This document shows, one piece after another, positions 18,303-28,098 of a stretch of DNA of 64,000 nucleotides (position 1 is its first letter; the number at the start of each line of letters is the position of its first letter). Both the position numbers and the translations under genes were made by a program. This stretch comes from Candidatus Marinacidobacterales bacterium. GTDB taxonomy: Bacteria > Acidobacteriota > Vicinamibacteria > Marinacidobacterales > SMYC01. The stretch lies in contig CBDCYI010000005.1 of the NCBI GenBank assembly GCA_965224085.1, forward strand, positions 2,144,001 through 2,208,000. The letters are read 5' to 3'. The notes under the pieces are model-generated. The model saw only the letters and a list, made by a program, of their open reading frames with translations. It was not told where the DNA came from and ran no database searches.

Positions 18303-18714
18303 TTGGAAATACTCCCCTGCGAAGACAACCCCGTGAATCAATTGGTCGTCACGGAATTTCTCGACGTGCTCGGCTGCAAAGTGGACGCGGTAGCGAAGGG
18401 ACTGGAAGCGCTCGAGGCCATTGCCTCGAAATCGTACGACCTCGTGCTAATGGATTGCCACATGCCAAAACTTGACGGGTACGAAACGACGCGGCGGATC
18501 CGAAGAGCGGAGTCGAAGCGTGCGTCAATCGATGACGATGAATCGTGGACGTCACTTACACTCCCGTCTGACGATCGTCGCCTTGACGGCGGACGCCGTG
18601 GAAGACGCCCGGCAATCGTGCCTTGACGTCGGAATGGACGACTACTTGTCGAAACCCTTCACTCAGACACAGCTGAACGACATATTGTCCACTTGGAGCG
18701 TCCGAGCGAGATGA
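18303..18714 (+). pseudogene. Frameshifted receiver-domain remnant (hybrid histidine kinase C-terminus type)
   Basis: EDNPVNQLV..YDLVLMDCHMPKLDGYE in one frame, IVALTADA..GMDDYLSKPF in another. Confidence 0.75.
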
Positions 18715-18733
18715 AATCGAATTCGAGTGCCGC

Positions 18734-20560
18734 TCAGCAGGAGACGCAGTTGTGATTGTTGACCGAGCCGAGCTGCTCCAATAACGCCAAGGCCTCCGGA
18801 AATGGCTGCACGCGCTGCACGGGACCGTTCGCCATGTCAGCCGTCGACTGCCCGCGACGGCTTATCGCGTTGACATCGCAACCTTTATCGTAAAGATACT
18901 GGACCATCTCCGCGTCGCCGCGACTGGCGGCGTGGTGTAGCGCGTTATAGGCATCATGATCCCGGGCGTTCACGTCTGCGCCCAACTCTTCGACGAGGTA
19001 GCGTACCGCCGCCATCGAGCCCGCGGGGTGATGGCGATGTGAGTTCGCCGCGAAGCCTCTACCATAGCCCACCCCCGCCGCGGCGAGGAGAGGACTGACG
19101 GCATCGCCGCCCGGTGGCACCGGGACCACGCCCGAGACGTCTTCTTTTTCCTCTTGCGGGCCAATGCCATCGCTTGGATCGACTTCCGGTTTCAAAGTAG
19201 GAAAATTCGGGTCGGCGCCGTAGGCCACGAGAAGCTTCATGGCGTCGACATCCGTACCATAGGCGGCGCGCCAGAAGGCGGTCGCGCCGTTCTCGTTCAC
19301 GCCGGAGAGGTCGAAGTTATAGCCGGAGTACCACAATTTCTTTTTCAGTCGGGCGTTGGGATCGGCGCCGGCCTCGAGCACCAATTTCATGAGCTCGAGA
19401 TAGGAGACTTCCTGCTGCCGGTAAGCCTGTGGCTGCGGGTAGAGGGCTTTGGGCGACCACTGCAAATTGATTGCGCCGTAGAGGGGTGTCGCTCCCGCTT
19501 CGCTCGCTAGGCTCGGGTCCGCTCCCCGGTCGAGCAGAGACTTGGCGAGATCGAAGTGGCCGTTGATGGTCGCGATGAGAAGGGGGCTCGTGTGATCACC
19601 GCCGCTCGCGACGTTGACGTCCGAGCCCGCGGCGACGAGCGCCTCGACGGCTTCCCGATTGCCTTGACGCGAAGCGAGAAGGAGCGCGGTCATCCCGCCT
19701 TGATTGCCGACGAGCTCGCCAAAAGGGCTACGGCGGAAGCGGCGCCGTTGCTCGGTTTTCTTTTCGCCTCCGACACCCGGAACCCATCCGAAGACTTTGG
19801 CGAAAACGCTCTTTCCCTCGTCCTTGGAAGGTGGGGTCTCTTCGACGCCCTTGGGCGGCTCCACACCTTTGGCTTCGGCCGCCGCAGCGGCCTTGGCGGC
19901 GGCTTCGCGTTCGTTGCGGCGCTCGCGGTCGGCTTCGGACCACTTCTTCTCGATCGCGGCGGTCTCGACGATTTTGGTTGCCATCGTGATGTCGGCGCCG
20001 TTTTCGACGAGCACGTCTATCACATCACCCCGGTTGTAAGCGGCCGCGAACATGAGCGCCGCTTGTCCCCGGGACGGCTCGACGGCGTTCACTTCTGCGC
20101 CGTGCTCCAAGAGAATGGACACCGCGTCGGGATTTCCCGAGGCCGCCGCAAGCATGAGAGGCGTCGCGCCCATCGACGTCGAGACGTTGACGTCCGCCGA
20201 AGCGTTCACGAGGGTTTCCACCACGGCCGCGTCGCCGGTCTTCGCGGCGAGGAAGAGCGGTGTGAACGCGCCGAGCCGGGTTGCGGCCTTCACGTTGGCG
20301 CCCGCGTAGAGAAGCATTTCCGCCATCTCGACATCCGCTTTCACCGCGGCCCAGTGAAGAGCGGTCATGCCGTCGCCTTGAGCCGCGTTCACGTCGACGC
20401 CTTGTTTCAACAAGGCGCGCACGGTCTCCCCGTCGCCTTGCCTCGCGGCGTCCGCCACCGGTGACGCACCCATTTTCGGAATATCTTTGGGTGCTGCCGC
20501 AATGAGGGCGACGCAGCACAAAGCGGCTGAAGCGCTAAGTCCTAGCTTGTTTGCCAACAT
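18734..20560 (-). CDS. Secreted ankyrin-repeat protein, paralog 2
   Basis: Signal peptide, ankyrin units, ends NNHNCVSC; GGAG RBS before ATG 20560. Confidence 0.88.
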   Translation of the reverse strand: MLANKLGLSASAALCCVALIAAAPKDIPKMGASPVADAARQGDGETVRALLKQGVDVNAAQGDGMTALHWAAVKADVEMAEMLLYAGANVKAATRLGAFTPLFLAAKTGDAAVVETLVNASADVNVSTSMGATPLMLAAASGNPDAVSILLEHGAEVNAVEPSRGQAALMFAAAYNRGDVIDVLVENGADITMATKIVETAAIEKKWSEADRERRNEREAAAKAAAAAEAKGVEPPKGVEETPPSKDEGKSVFAKVFGWVPGVGGEKKTEQRRRFRRSPFGELVGNQGGMTALLLASRQGNREAVEALVAAGSDVNVASGGDHTSPLLIATINGHFDLAKSLLDRGADPSLASEAGATPLYGAINLQWSPKALYPQPQAYRQQEVSYLELMKLVLEAGADPNARLKKKLWYSGYNFDLSGVNENGATAFWRAAYGTDVDAMKLLVAYGADPNFPTLKPEVDPSDGIGPQEEKEDVSGVVPVPPGGDAVSPLLAAAGVGYGRGFAANSHRHHPAGSMAAVRYLVEELGADVNARDHDAYNALHHAASRGDAEMVQYLYDKGCDVNAISRRGQSTADMANGPVQRVQPFPEALALLEQLGSVNNHNCVSC

Positions 20561-20582
20561 TGGTGACTCCATCAAACGTCGT

Positions 20583-21950
20583 TCAGATCGCCATCTCGCC
20601 CGTACTGTCGCCGAAGGTCTCGATGTCCATCCCCATTCGGCGGAGGACCGTCAACATCGCGTTCGCCATCGGGGTGCCGTCCTCCGCCTTGTGGTGGAGG
20701 TTCCCCTCGAGTTGTCCGTTCGCGTGTCCGGCAAAGAATAACGGGCATCTCTTGTGATTGTGTATGTTGGAGTTGGCCATCGGCGAGCCGTAGATGATAA
20801 GCGTCTTCTCGAGCAAGTTGGACTCGCCGTCCATCGTGTTTTCCAGCTTCTCGAGGAAGTAGGGAATCATGCTGATGTGATAGGTGTTGATCTTCGCGAA
20901 CTCTTTGATCCGCTTCTCCTGGTCGCGATGATGCGAGGCTGAATGGAATCCGGTGTTGATACCGCTATCCGGATAAACGCGTCCCGAGGCGTCGCGGCCG
21001 AGCTTGAACGAGAACACCCGCGTCACGTCCGACATGAAGGCCGCCGCCTGCAAATCGAACATGAGCTTCATGTGCTCTTCGAACGAGTCCGGAACGCCGA
21101 TGGGCGCATCGGGTAGCTCACGCTGCTCGCCACTCGTATTCTGGGCCTCGGTTTTCTGAATCCTGCGCTCGATCTCGCGCACGTTCTCGAGGTAGTTGTC
21201 GAGCCGGCGCCGATCTGTCGGGCCGAGGTCTCTTTTCACCAGTGCGACCTCGTTCGTGATCCAGTCGAGGATGCTGCTGTTGGTGCGCCGGCGCTCGGCG
21301 CGCTCTTCGGGCGTCGCGCCCTCGCCAAACATTTGATCGAAGACCACGCGGGGGTTCCGGATCATCGGCAGGGGAGCGGTGGGCGAGGCCCAGCTGATCG
21401 TGTCGGTGTAGATGCAGGAATAGCCGTAGGTGCAGCCGCCGGCCTGGTCGACGTTCTCGATCGAAAGCTGCATCGAAGGGATGGCCGTGTCCTGCCCGAA
21501 CTGCTTCGCATACAACTGATCCATCGACGTACCCGCGTATACGTCGTTGCCTTCGGTCTGCTTCGGGTGGGACTGAGTCAGGAAGACGGCGCTGGAGCGG
21601 AAATGGTCGCCGCCGATCTCGGGAAGCGAGAAGGCTTCGGCGTTGCGCACATCGGTGTTGCTTACGATGGTGAGGTATTTGCGGAACGGCTCGAGCGGCT
21701 TCAAGCTGCTCGGCGAAAGATCGAAGTCGCTCCCGACAGCCGCCGGCGCCCACATGTTCTGCTCGATACCGATCTTCGTGCTGCCGGCGGCGCCGTGGAC
21801 CATTTCTATGCACACCAGGCGCGACGGTGTCGACGTGCCATCGGCCCATGAACGGGCGGGCACCATGGCCTCGAGAAACGGCAGCGCCACCGTTGCGCCC
21901 ATGCCGCGAAGAGCTGCCCGGCGGGACATGTGCTTGTTGGTGATGTACAT
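20583..21950 (-). CDS. HXXSHH (DUF1552) family protein, paralog 2
   Basis: MSRRAALRGMGATVALPFLEAM, FHSASHH, SNIHNH. Confidence 0.87.
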   Translation of the reverse strand: MYITNKHMSRRAALRGMGATVALPFLEAMVPARSWADGTSTPSRLVCIEMVHGAAGSTKIGIEQNMWAPAAVGSDFDLSPSSLKPLEPFRKYLTIVSNTDVRNAEAFSLPEIGGDHFRSSAVFLTQSHPKQTEGNDVYAGTSMDQLYAKQFGQDTAIPSMQLSIENVDQAGGCTYGYSCIYTDTISWASPTAPLPMIRNPRVVFDQMFGEGATPEERAERRRTNSSILDWITNEVALVKRDLGPTDRRRLDNYLENVREIERRIQKTEAQNTSGEQRELPDAPIGVPDSFEEHMKLMFDLQAAAFMSDVTRVFSFKLGRDASGRVYPDSGINTGFHSASHHRDQEKRIKEFAKINTYHISMIPYFLEKLENTMDGESNLLEKTLIIYGSPMANSNIHNHKRCPLFFAGHANGQLEGNLHHKAEDGTPMANAMLTVLRRMGMDIETFGDSTGEMAI

Positions 21951-21991
21951 CTCGTGTGCCTCCTAATGCAGGATCGTATCTTAGAAAATTT

Positions 21992-24427
21992 CTAAGGTTC
22001 TACCGAGCTTGTGTGCTCGTCGCGCTCCACTCGACTCGATTGAAAAGCGGCGCTATTGATGACGCCGCGAATGAAAGTGGACATGCGATAGTCTTTCGTC
22101 TTCGCTTCGCGCGCGATGGCACGCACCGTCGGCATGTCGTAATACTCGACGCGGCGGCCGAGGCCGTAAGTCAGGAGGCTCTCGGTGAAACTCATGATCA
22201 CCGCGTCCGAGTGCTTCAAGAGCGCGTCCCGGAGCCCGGCAGGCCCGTCCATGGGCGTGCCGTCATAGAGCTCGCCCGAGGGGTCGATGGGGTTCCCGGC
22301 GTCTTTGATGCGCCAGGCGCCCGTGACGTCGAAATTCTCGAGCGCGAGCCCGAGGGGATCGATGACGCGGTGGCACGACGTGCAAGCGGGGTTCGCCCGA
22401 TGAGCTTCCATCGCTTCGCGCACCGACAAAACTCTGCCCTCCGCGAGGTCTTGCGTTTCCGCGAGATCGGGAATGTTCGGTGGCGGTGGCGGCGGGGGGC
22501 TACCGAGAAGCACTTCCATGACCCATTTCCCGCGCTGCACCGGTGACGTGCGGTCCGCAATCGAAGTCAAGGTCAAGATGCTTCCGTGGCCGAGGATGCC
22601 GCGTCGCTCGGTCCCTTCGAGCGAGACGCGCCGGAACTCCGGGCCGGTGACATTCGGGAGGCCGTAATGTTTCGCGAGGCGCTCGTTGGCAAACGTGTAG
22701 TTCGCGGTCAGAAGATCGAGAGCGCTTCGATCCTCGCGTATCAAGTAGTCGAAGAACAGCTCCGTCTCGCGCTTCAAAGCCTCCGAGAGCTTCTGGTCGT
22801 ATTGCGGGTAGTGGAGGTAATCCGGATGCAACCGGTCCAGGTCTTGAAGGCGCAGCCATTGAGTGGCGAATCGCGTGGCGAGTGCATCCGCTTTTGGATC
22901 CGCCAGCATTCGGTCGACTTGATCCGAGAGCAACGCGGGGTCGGCGAGAGCGCCCTGGCTGCCGAGCATCCGGAGCTCGTCGTCCGGCGCAGAGCCCCAA
23001 AGAAAGAACGACAAGCGTGACGCTAGCTCGACGCCACCGACCCGGTAGTTTGGGCTGTCCTCGGTGGCGTCCGGCATTTGTTCGAGGCGGAAGACGAAAT
23101 GCGGGCTTGCCAAGATGGCTTGGAGGGCCGTTCGTATGCCCGCTTCGAAACCGGCTTCGTCCGCGCCTGTCTGGTAGAAGAACATCAGACCTTCCACGTC
23201 GTTCTCGTCAACGGGTCGGCGATAGGCTTGGCTCGTGAGACGCGAAACGATTTCGGTAGCGCAAGGCGCTTCGTCCCGCGCGGAGACGGGACGGCACGTG
23301 AAGATGCGGCGGCGGCTCGGCGTCTCGGAGATGCCGGTCACGTCGTGCGGGCCGTTGATGCTGAAAAAGCGCAAGTGTGGCACAGTCGTGACGCCATGCG
23401 CTTTTCCGATCGTCGTATCCGCGAGCGTGTGCTCGACGGGACGGATCAAGTCGTCGACGGGCCCTTGATAGCGCTCTATGAAGGCGGCGGAAACTCTGTG
23501 CGGACCTGCGCTTATGTGCACTGGATCGCTCTCGATCACTACGCCGTTGAGATCCGATTCGTGCATCAACGGGTCGATGTCGATAAGCGCGACGCGCACG
23601 CCGTTCACGGAAACTTCGAGCTGCTCGTTGTCACCGGCCGTCAAACCATAAAGAAAACCTGTAGGGGTGCTGTGGAGCTGGGCTTTGAAAATATAGTCGC
23701 CATCGGCGGGGAAGTTGTGCACGACGGAAAGTCCCCCGCGTGTTCCCATGGGCGCTCCTTCGACGTGCTCGACTTGAGATTCGCGTCTCGAAATCTTGTA
23801 GGTCTCTTCGGTAGCGCTCGCGAGAGGATCGCCCACGGCGTCGCGGCTGATCCGGCCCGCCGCGCGCAGGTAGCCCTCCATGAGGGTAGCTGACATCGTC
23901 TGCACGTCGGCGATGTTGTCGAAGCCGTCGCTGATCGTGTCGGGCGGCAAGAACGCCGACACGTCGACCTCGAGCGACAGCATGTCTCGAACCGCGCGTG
24001 CATATTCGGCGCGGTTGAGTCGTTGGAACGTTCTTCGTCCGGGGTTCGGATGCTCCGCGGCGTAAAGGTCGATGCCTGTTTCGAGGGACAAAGCGAAGGC
24101 TTGCGAATCCGCAGTCTCGGGTTGCGGCGCTATCGGCGGCGGCATCATCCCGAGGCGCAGCTTGCGGATGACCTTTTCGGCGACCTCCGCACTCTCTTCG
24201 GGGCGAGAAACGTCGAAAGATTCGAGCGTCAATCCCCCGGTCTGCGCGGCGTCGCTATGGCACATGAGGCAGTAATCCTCGGCCATCGCGTTCATCGCTT
24301 CCGTCGACATCATCGCGGGGGCGGTAGGGCTTTCTTTCTCGGGCTCGGCGGCTCGGGCTGCGCCGCCATCCGCAAAAAAGGCAAGGCATAAAGCTGCCGT
24401 GGCGAACGCCAAGCCAAACTTTCTCAT
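21992..24427 (-). CDS. Secreted diheme PSCyt/PSD-domain protein, paralog 2
   Basis: Signal peptide, CLMCH and CTSCH, RLNRAEY, ELASRLSFFLW, RTSPVQRGKWV. Confidence 0.87.
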   Translation of the reverse strand: MRKFGLAFATAALCLAFFADGGAARAAEPEKESPTAPAMMSTEAMNAMAEDYCLMCHSDAAQTGGLTLESFDVSRPEESAEVAEKVIRKLRLGMMPPPIAPQPETADSQAFALSLETGIDLYAAEHPNPGRRTFQRLNRAEYARAVRDMLSLEVDVSAFLPPDTISDGFDNIADVQTMSATLMEGYLRAAGRISRDAVGDPLASATEETYKISRRESQVEHVEGAPMGTRGGLSVVHNFPADGDYIFKAQLHSTPTGFLYGLTAGDNEQLEVSVNGVRVALIDIDPLMHESDLNGVVIESDPVHISAGPHRVSAAFIERYQGPVDDLIRPVEHTLADTTIGKAHGVTTVPHLRFFSINGPHDVTGISETPSRRRIFTCRPVSARDEAPCATEIVSRLTSQAYRRPVDENDVEGLMFFYQTGADEAGFEAGIRTALQAILASPHFVFRLEQMPDATEDSPNYRVGGVELASRLSFFLWGSAPDDELRMLGSQGALADPALLSDQVDRMLADPKADALATRFATQWLRLQDLDRLHPDYLHYPQYDQKLSEALKRETELFFDYLIREDRSALDLLTANYTFANERLAKHYGLPNVTGPEFRRVSLEGTERRGILGHGSILTLTSIADRTSPVQRGKWVMEVLLGSPPPPPPPNIPDLAETQDLAEGRVLSVREAMEAHRANPACTSCHRVIDPLGLALENFDVTGAWRIKDAGNPIDPSGELYDGTPMDGPAGLRDALLKHSDAVIMSFTESLLTYGLGRRVEYYDMPTVRAIAREAKTKDYRMSTFIRGVINSAAFQSSRVERDEHTSSVEP

Positions 24428-24753
24428 TCTCTGACTCCCGTCACCCGTGGCAGCCGACTCCCAAACGCGAGCATTATCATTTCGACCAGAAAACGCCCAC
24501 ACGAGGATAGAGGCTTCGGCGGCGTGGACCCTCCGTGGCCATTATCCCGCGACCATGGGTAGGTTTGTCAATCGTTGCGCGGCCGGAACCCCTTCTAAGA
24601 GAGTCAAAACTTTGTTAAATCGTTTAATTGGTATCTTTTAGAGACACTCTGCCGGCCACACGGGGTTTCTGGCTAACATTAATTGTAGGCATGGCGTGTG
24701 CGACACGTGTATATGATGGTTTCGGCTCTTCGAGCATGAAAGGAAATCTCACG

Positions 24754-25560
24754 ATGATGACAGCGAAGCGACTCGCAATAACCCTTTGCGCGGCGGTGAT
24801 TCTCTCGGCAGGTACGCTGGCGTCCGAATCTCCAGTCCTCGAGCGGATCGTCGCAAGCGGGAAGATCCGCATCGGCATGTCCGGCGACCAGGCACCTTTC
24901 AACGTCAAGAACAAGGCGGGGGAGCTCATTGGCTTTGAAGTCGACTTGGCCAATTTTGTCGCCGATGCGCTCGGCGTCGAGGTCGAGTTCGTGACGAGAG
25001 CGTTTCCTGATCTTCTGGATGCCTTGAAGGATGGGGAGGTCGACATCGTCATGTCGGGGATGACCATCACCGCGGCACGAAGTCTTGACGCGGTGTTCGT
25101 GGGGCCATACATCGTGTCGGGGAAATCCGTTCTCGCGAAATCGCGAGCGCTCGCGGGTGGCGAAACGGCTCAGGACCTCAATCGCTCCGGTATCACGGTG
25201 GCGGCGATCCGTAACTCGACGAGCGAGGCCTTTGTCAAGAAGAGGCTCGCGAATGCGAAGCTCGTCACTGTCGAGCACTACGACGACGCGATCCAAATGG
25301 TCATCAAAGACGAGATCGACGCGCTCGTCGCCGACGTGCCGGCGTGTAACCTCGCGGTGTTTCGCTATCCGGACGAAGATCTCGCTACGCTCTCCGCGCC
25401 TCTTACGGTGGAGCCCATCGGGATTGCGGTGTCGGCGAGCGAGCTGCCCCTGCAAATGCTCCTCGACAATTACGTCAGCGCCTACGAGGCTTCGGGCCTC
25501 CTCGAGATGCTGCGCGTTCAGTGGCTGGAAAAAGGCGACTGGGTAGAGTCGCTTCCGTAA
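24754..25560 (+). CDS. Polar amino-acid ABC substrate-binding protein (SBP family 3), no adjacent permease
   Basis: IRIGMSGDQAPF, GFEVDLA, DIVMSGMTITAAR; signal peptide; AAGGA RBS. Confidence 0.88.
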   Translation: MMTAKRLAITLCAAVILSAGTLASESPVLERIVASGKIRIGMSGDQAPFNVKNKAGELIGFEVDLANFVADALGVEVEFVTRAFPDLLDALKDGEVDIVMSGMTITAARSLDAVFVGPYIVSGKSVLAKSRALAGGETAQDLNRSGITVAAIRNSTSEAFVKKRLANAKLVTVEHYDDAIQMVIKDEIDALVADVPACNLAVFRYPDEDLATLSAPLTVEPIGIAVSASELPLQMLLDNYVSAYEASGLLEMLRVQWLEKGDWVESLP

Positions 25561-25634
25561 ACCCCTTTCGAGGCAACCTTCGTTGCGGCGCCACCGTCCA
25601 AAGAACATCGGATTAGTGCGCTCAGGAGGCCTCG

Positions 25635-25810
25635 ATGTTCTCGGTTCTCATTCACGATCTACGCTACGCGATTCGCTCGCTCGCTCGCTAAAGGGCCGCT
25701 CCTTACCGGGGTGGCCATCCTCTCGCTCGCCCTCGGCATCGGTGCGAATACCGCGATCTTCACGTTGTTCGATCAAGTGCTGCTTCGGAGGCTCCCCGTC
25801 GAGGATCCGT
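25635..25810 (+). pseudogene. N-terminal remnant of an ADOP/MacB-type ABC permease
   Basis: [19 protein letters not shown], then a frameshift in a (CGCT)n run, then [33 protein letters not shown]. Confidence 0.75.
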
Positions 25811-25890
25811 ATTCTTCGGTTCATCGCGACGCTCCTGAAAGAAGAACCACGATGCTAACTCAAAAAGCGATGTTGCCTCAATGGGCTTTG

Positions 25891-27138
25891 CTATCGCTTG
25901 GCGAAGTCCGTCTTCGTCGCCGCCAAGATATCGGATATCGCGGCGCGATCGGTCTCGGATAGGTGGGCGAAGTTTTCGCTCATGTCCTCGCCCTCGAGCA
26001 CTTCCCTAAAGCGTTGGTAGATGTAAGCCTTGACCTCGCCAGGTAGCGCGTCGAACGCCTCGGAGTAAATGAGATAGCTGCACGGATAGCGGAAAAGGCG
26101 CGTCGCGAGATCGAGCTGGCGCAGCGATCGGCCTTTCGCATCGCGCGGACCCTTTTTTACGAATGTCTCGGAAAAGTTGGAGCTGCCGGCGATGGGTGCT
26201 TCGAGCTCCGCTTCGTGGGCGAACAGCATCGCATCGACGAGCGGTTCGGCAATCTCGGCAATCTCCTTTGGGGGCTTGGACGTCGCCGCGGAGCGCGCCT
26301 GCCAGCTCACGCGCGTGATGAGATTCTGGATGTGTATCTGATGCTCGATCACCATCAAAGCTACGATGTCGCTGTGATCGCCAAGATAGGGTCCGGTATC
26401 GATGAGCTCGCTCAGGTCCGTCCGATTCGCGCCCGCCGCGAAATCCGTGCTCGCCGCGTCGCCGGGGGCGGCCGTCACGAATACGTTTCCGAGGTGCGAC
26501 TGGCTTCCGTGGGTCCCGGTGACATAGAAGCCGCCCCATCGTTTTTCGATGGGCGTCTCCTCGGTCGTGAGATACCACCCTTCGTGATAAGCCGCTCGGC
26601 CGCTCGCGTCGGGAAGGCCCGAGCCGATAATGTGGCGGGGAACGCCGCCTCCCGTCATCGAGTAGGAATCGTGACAGCGAAGGCAAAGAAACGTTTGCCG
26701 CTCGAACGCGGGACGTGCGCCCTGCGCCTGCTCGAGTGTGTAGAAGACGGCGCCGAGCTCCGGCGCCATCGTAGAGATCTCGAGACTCGGGCTTTCCTGG
26801 ACCCATGCGACATAGACGTCGTCTTTGAAGTAGATCGCGCGCGGCGTCTCGGGTGCGATGAGGCCTTTTTGAAAGCTGGTCTTCGAGAAGACGAGTATCT
26901 GCGAGTCGACGTCGATGTCGAGCTCGCGTAGGACGGAGGAAAGATAGCCGTTCGGCGCCTCGAATTTCAGTTGCGCATCGCCGGCGTCAATTCTCTGTTG
27001 CAGGCGCGCAATCGCATCCCGTGGCGCCGAAGACGCATAGCCAATCTCCGGAAATTCCTTGTCATACCGAAGCTGCGCTACCGTCGACGTCGCTGCGAGC
27101 GTGACCAAAGTGAGGGAAATAGGGAGCCGTGACGCCAT
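25891..27138 (-). CDS. Secreted monoheme cytochrome c-type protein of unknown function
   Basis: Signal peptide, single CLRCH motif, [34 protein letters not shown]. Confidence 0.7.
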   Translation of the reverse strand: MASRLPISLTLVTLAATSTVAQLRYDKEFPEIGYASSAPRDAIARLQQRIDAGDAQLKFEAPNGYLSSVLRELDIDVDSQILVFSKTSFQKGLIAPETPRAIYFKDDVYVAWVQESPSLEISTMAPELGAVFYTLEQAQGARPAFERQTFLCLRCHDSYSMTGGGVPRHIIGSGLPDASGRAAYHEGWYLTTEETPIEKRWGGFYVTGTHGSQSHLGNVFVTAAPGDAASTDFAAGANRTDLSELIDTGPYLGDHSDIVALMVIEHQIHIQNLITRVSWQARSAATSKPPKEIAEIAEPLVDAMLFAHEAELEAPIAGSSNFSETFVKKGPRDAKGRSLRQLDLATRLFRYPCSYLIYSEAFDALPGEVKAYIYQRFREVLEGEDMSENFAHLSETDRAAISDILAATKTDFAKR

Positions 27139-27159
27139 CCTCGTATCCTACTACCACGG

Positions 27160-27348
27160 CTAGGTGCCGTGGCCGGCCCAGAAAGCGGTAACGTCGTATG
27201 CCGCGACTCTCTTGGCCTTCGATGGACTAAAACGTACAAGCTGGGCCACCGGCCGGCCAGCTTTAGAGATGATGATCTCCTCCCCCGCAGCCACCCGGGC
27301 TAACAGCTTCGACAGATGTGTCTTGGCCTCGTGGATGTTGACTTCCAT
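27160..27348 (-). pseudogene. Phd/YefM antitoxin, apparently fused by deletion to the last codons of a PIN toxin
   Basis: MEVNIHEAKTHLSKLLARVAAGEEIIISKAGRPVAQL then AAYDVTAFW; upstream tandem GACTAAGTT boxes at 27360-27380. Confidence 0.7.
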
Positions 27349-27449
27349 GTCTCATACTAGACTAAGTTTAGGACTAAGTTAAATCTAGTTTAAAAAGTAG
27401 TCGCTGCGAACGTCTCCTGGCGATGTGACCTTTTGAAGGCGGGCCGACG

Positions 27450-27780
27450 ATTCTTCGGCGTCGTGTTGTACTCGACGACGAAACGGGTAAGGGAAATCGG
27501 CATCCGGGTGGCGCTCGGTGCTCGCGCCGCCTCGGTAAGCGCTTTGATCTTGCGAAGCGGGCTCGAGCCGGTGTTGTCGGGGATCGTCGTCGGCGCGGTC
27601 GCTGCGCTCCTGCTGGCGCGAGCGATGTCGAGTCTTCTCTTCGGGGTCGCGCCTTTCGACCTTCCGACTTTCGGCTCCGTCGTCGCGCTCGTTCTCGTCG
27701 TGGCCGCCCTCGCTTGCGCGCTACCGGCGCGCTGGGTAACCCGCGTCGATCCGACGAGCGCCTCCGCACCGACTGAGCGC
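27450..27780 (+). pseudogene. C-terminal remnant (FtsX-like) of an ADOP-type permease
   Basis: GVVLYSTTKRVREIGIRVALGA..LLFGVAPFD..ALPARWVTRVDP. Confidence 0.75.
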
Positions 27781-27823
27781 TTGCCAGGACCTCGGTAGTG
27801 AACGTTGCTGCGATCGGCAACGG

Positions 27824-28098
27824 TTACCGGCGGGCCTCCCTAAGCTCTAGGTCATCGAACCAGGCGCGACCACGCGCACCTGTGTTATCGGTATCGACCA
27901 TTAGCGCCAGTGCCGTCACCATCTCCGGCGTTTCTCCAAAGAACCGCTCGAAATCTTTGATGAAATCGCGCTCCTCGTTCACCCATTGACCCGCATCCCG
28001 ATCGCCGCTCCGTAGGACCACCGTCGCGATATTGCTGGAGTAGGGGCTCGGGTACACGCGCCGACGGGCTCCTTGGCCGCCCAAACGTAGCAGACCGC
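27824..28098 (-). pseudogene. DUF3047-like protein, C-terminal fragment bounded by the IS
   Basis: VVLRSG..GQWVNEERDFIKDFERFFGE..ALMVDTDNTG..AWFDDL. Confidence 0.65.
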
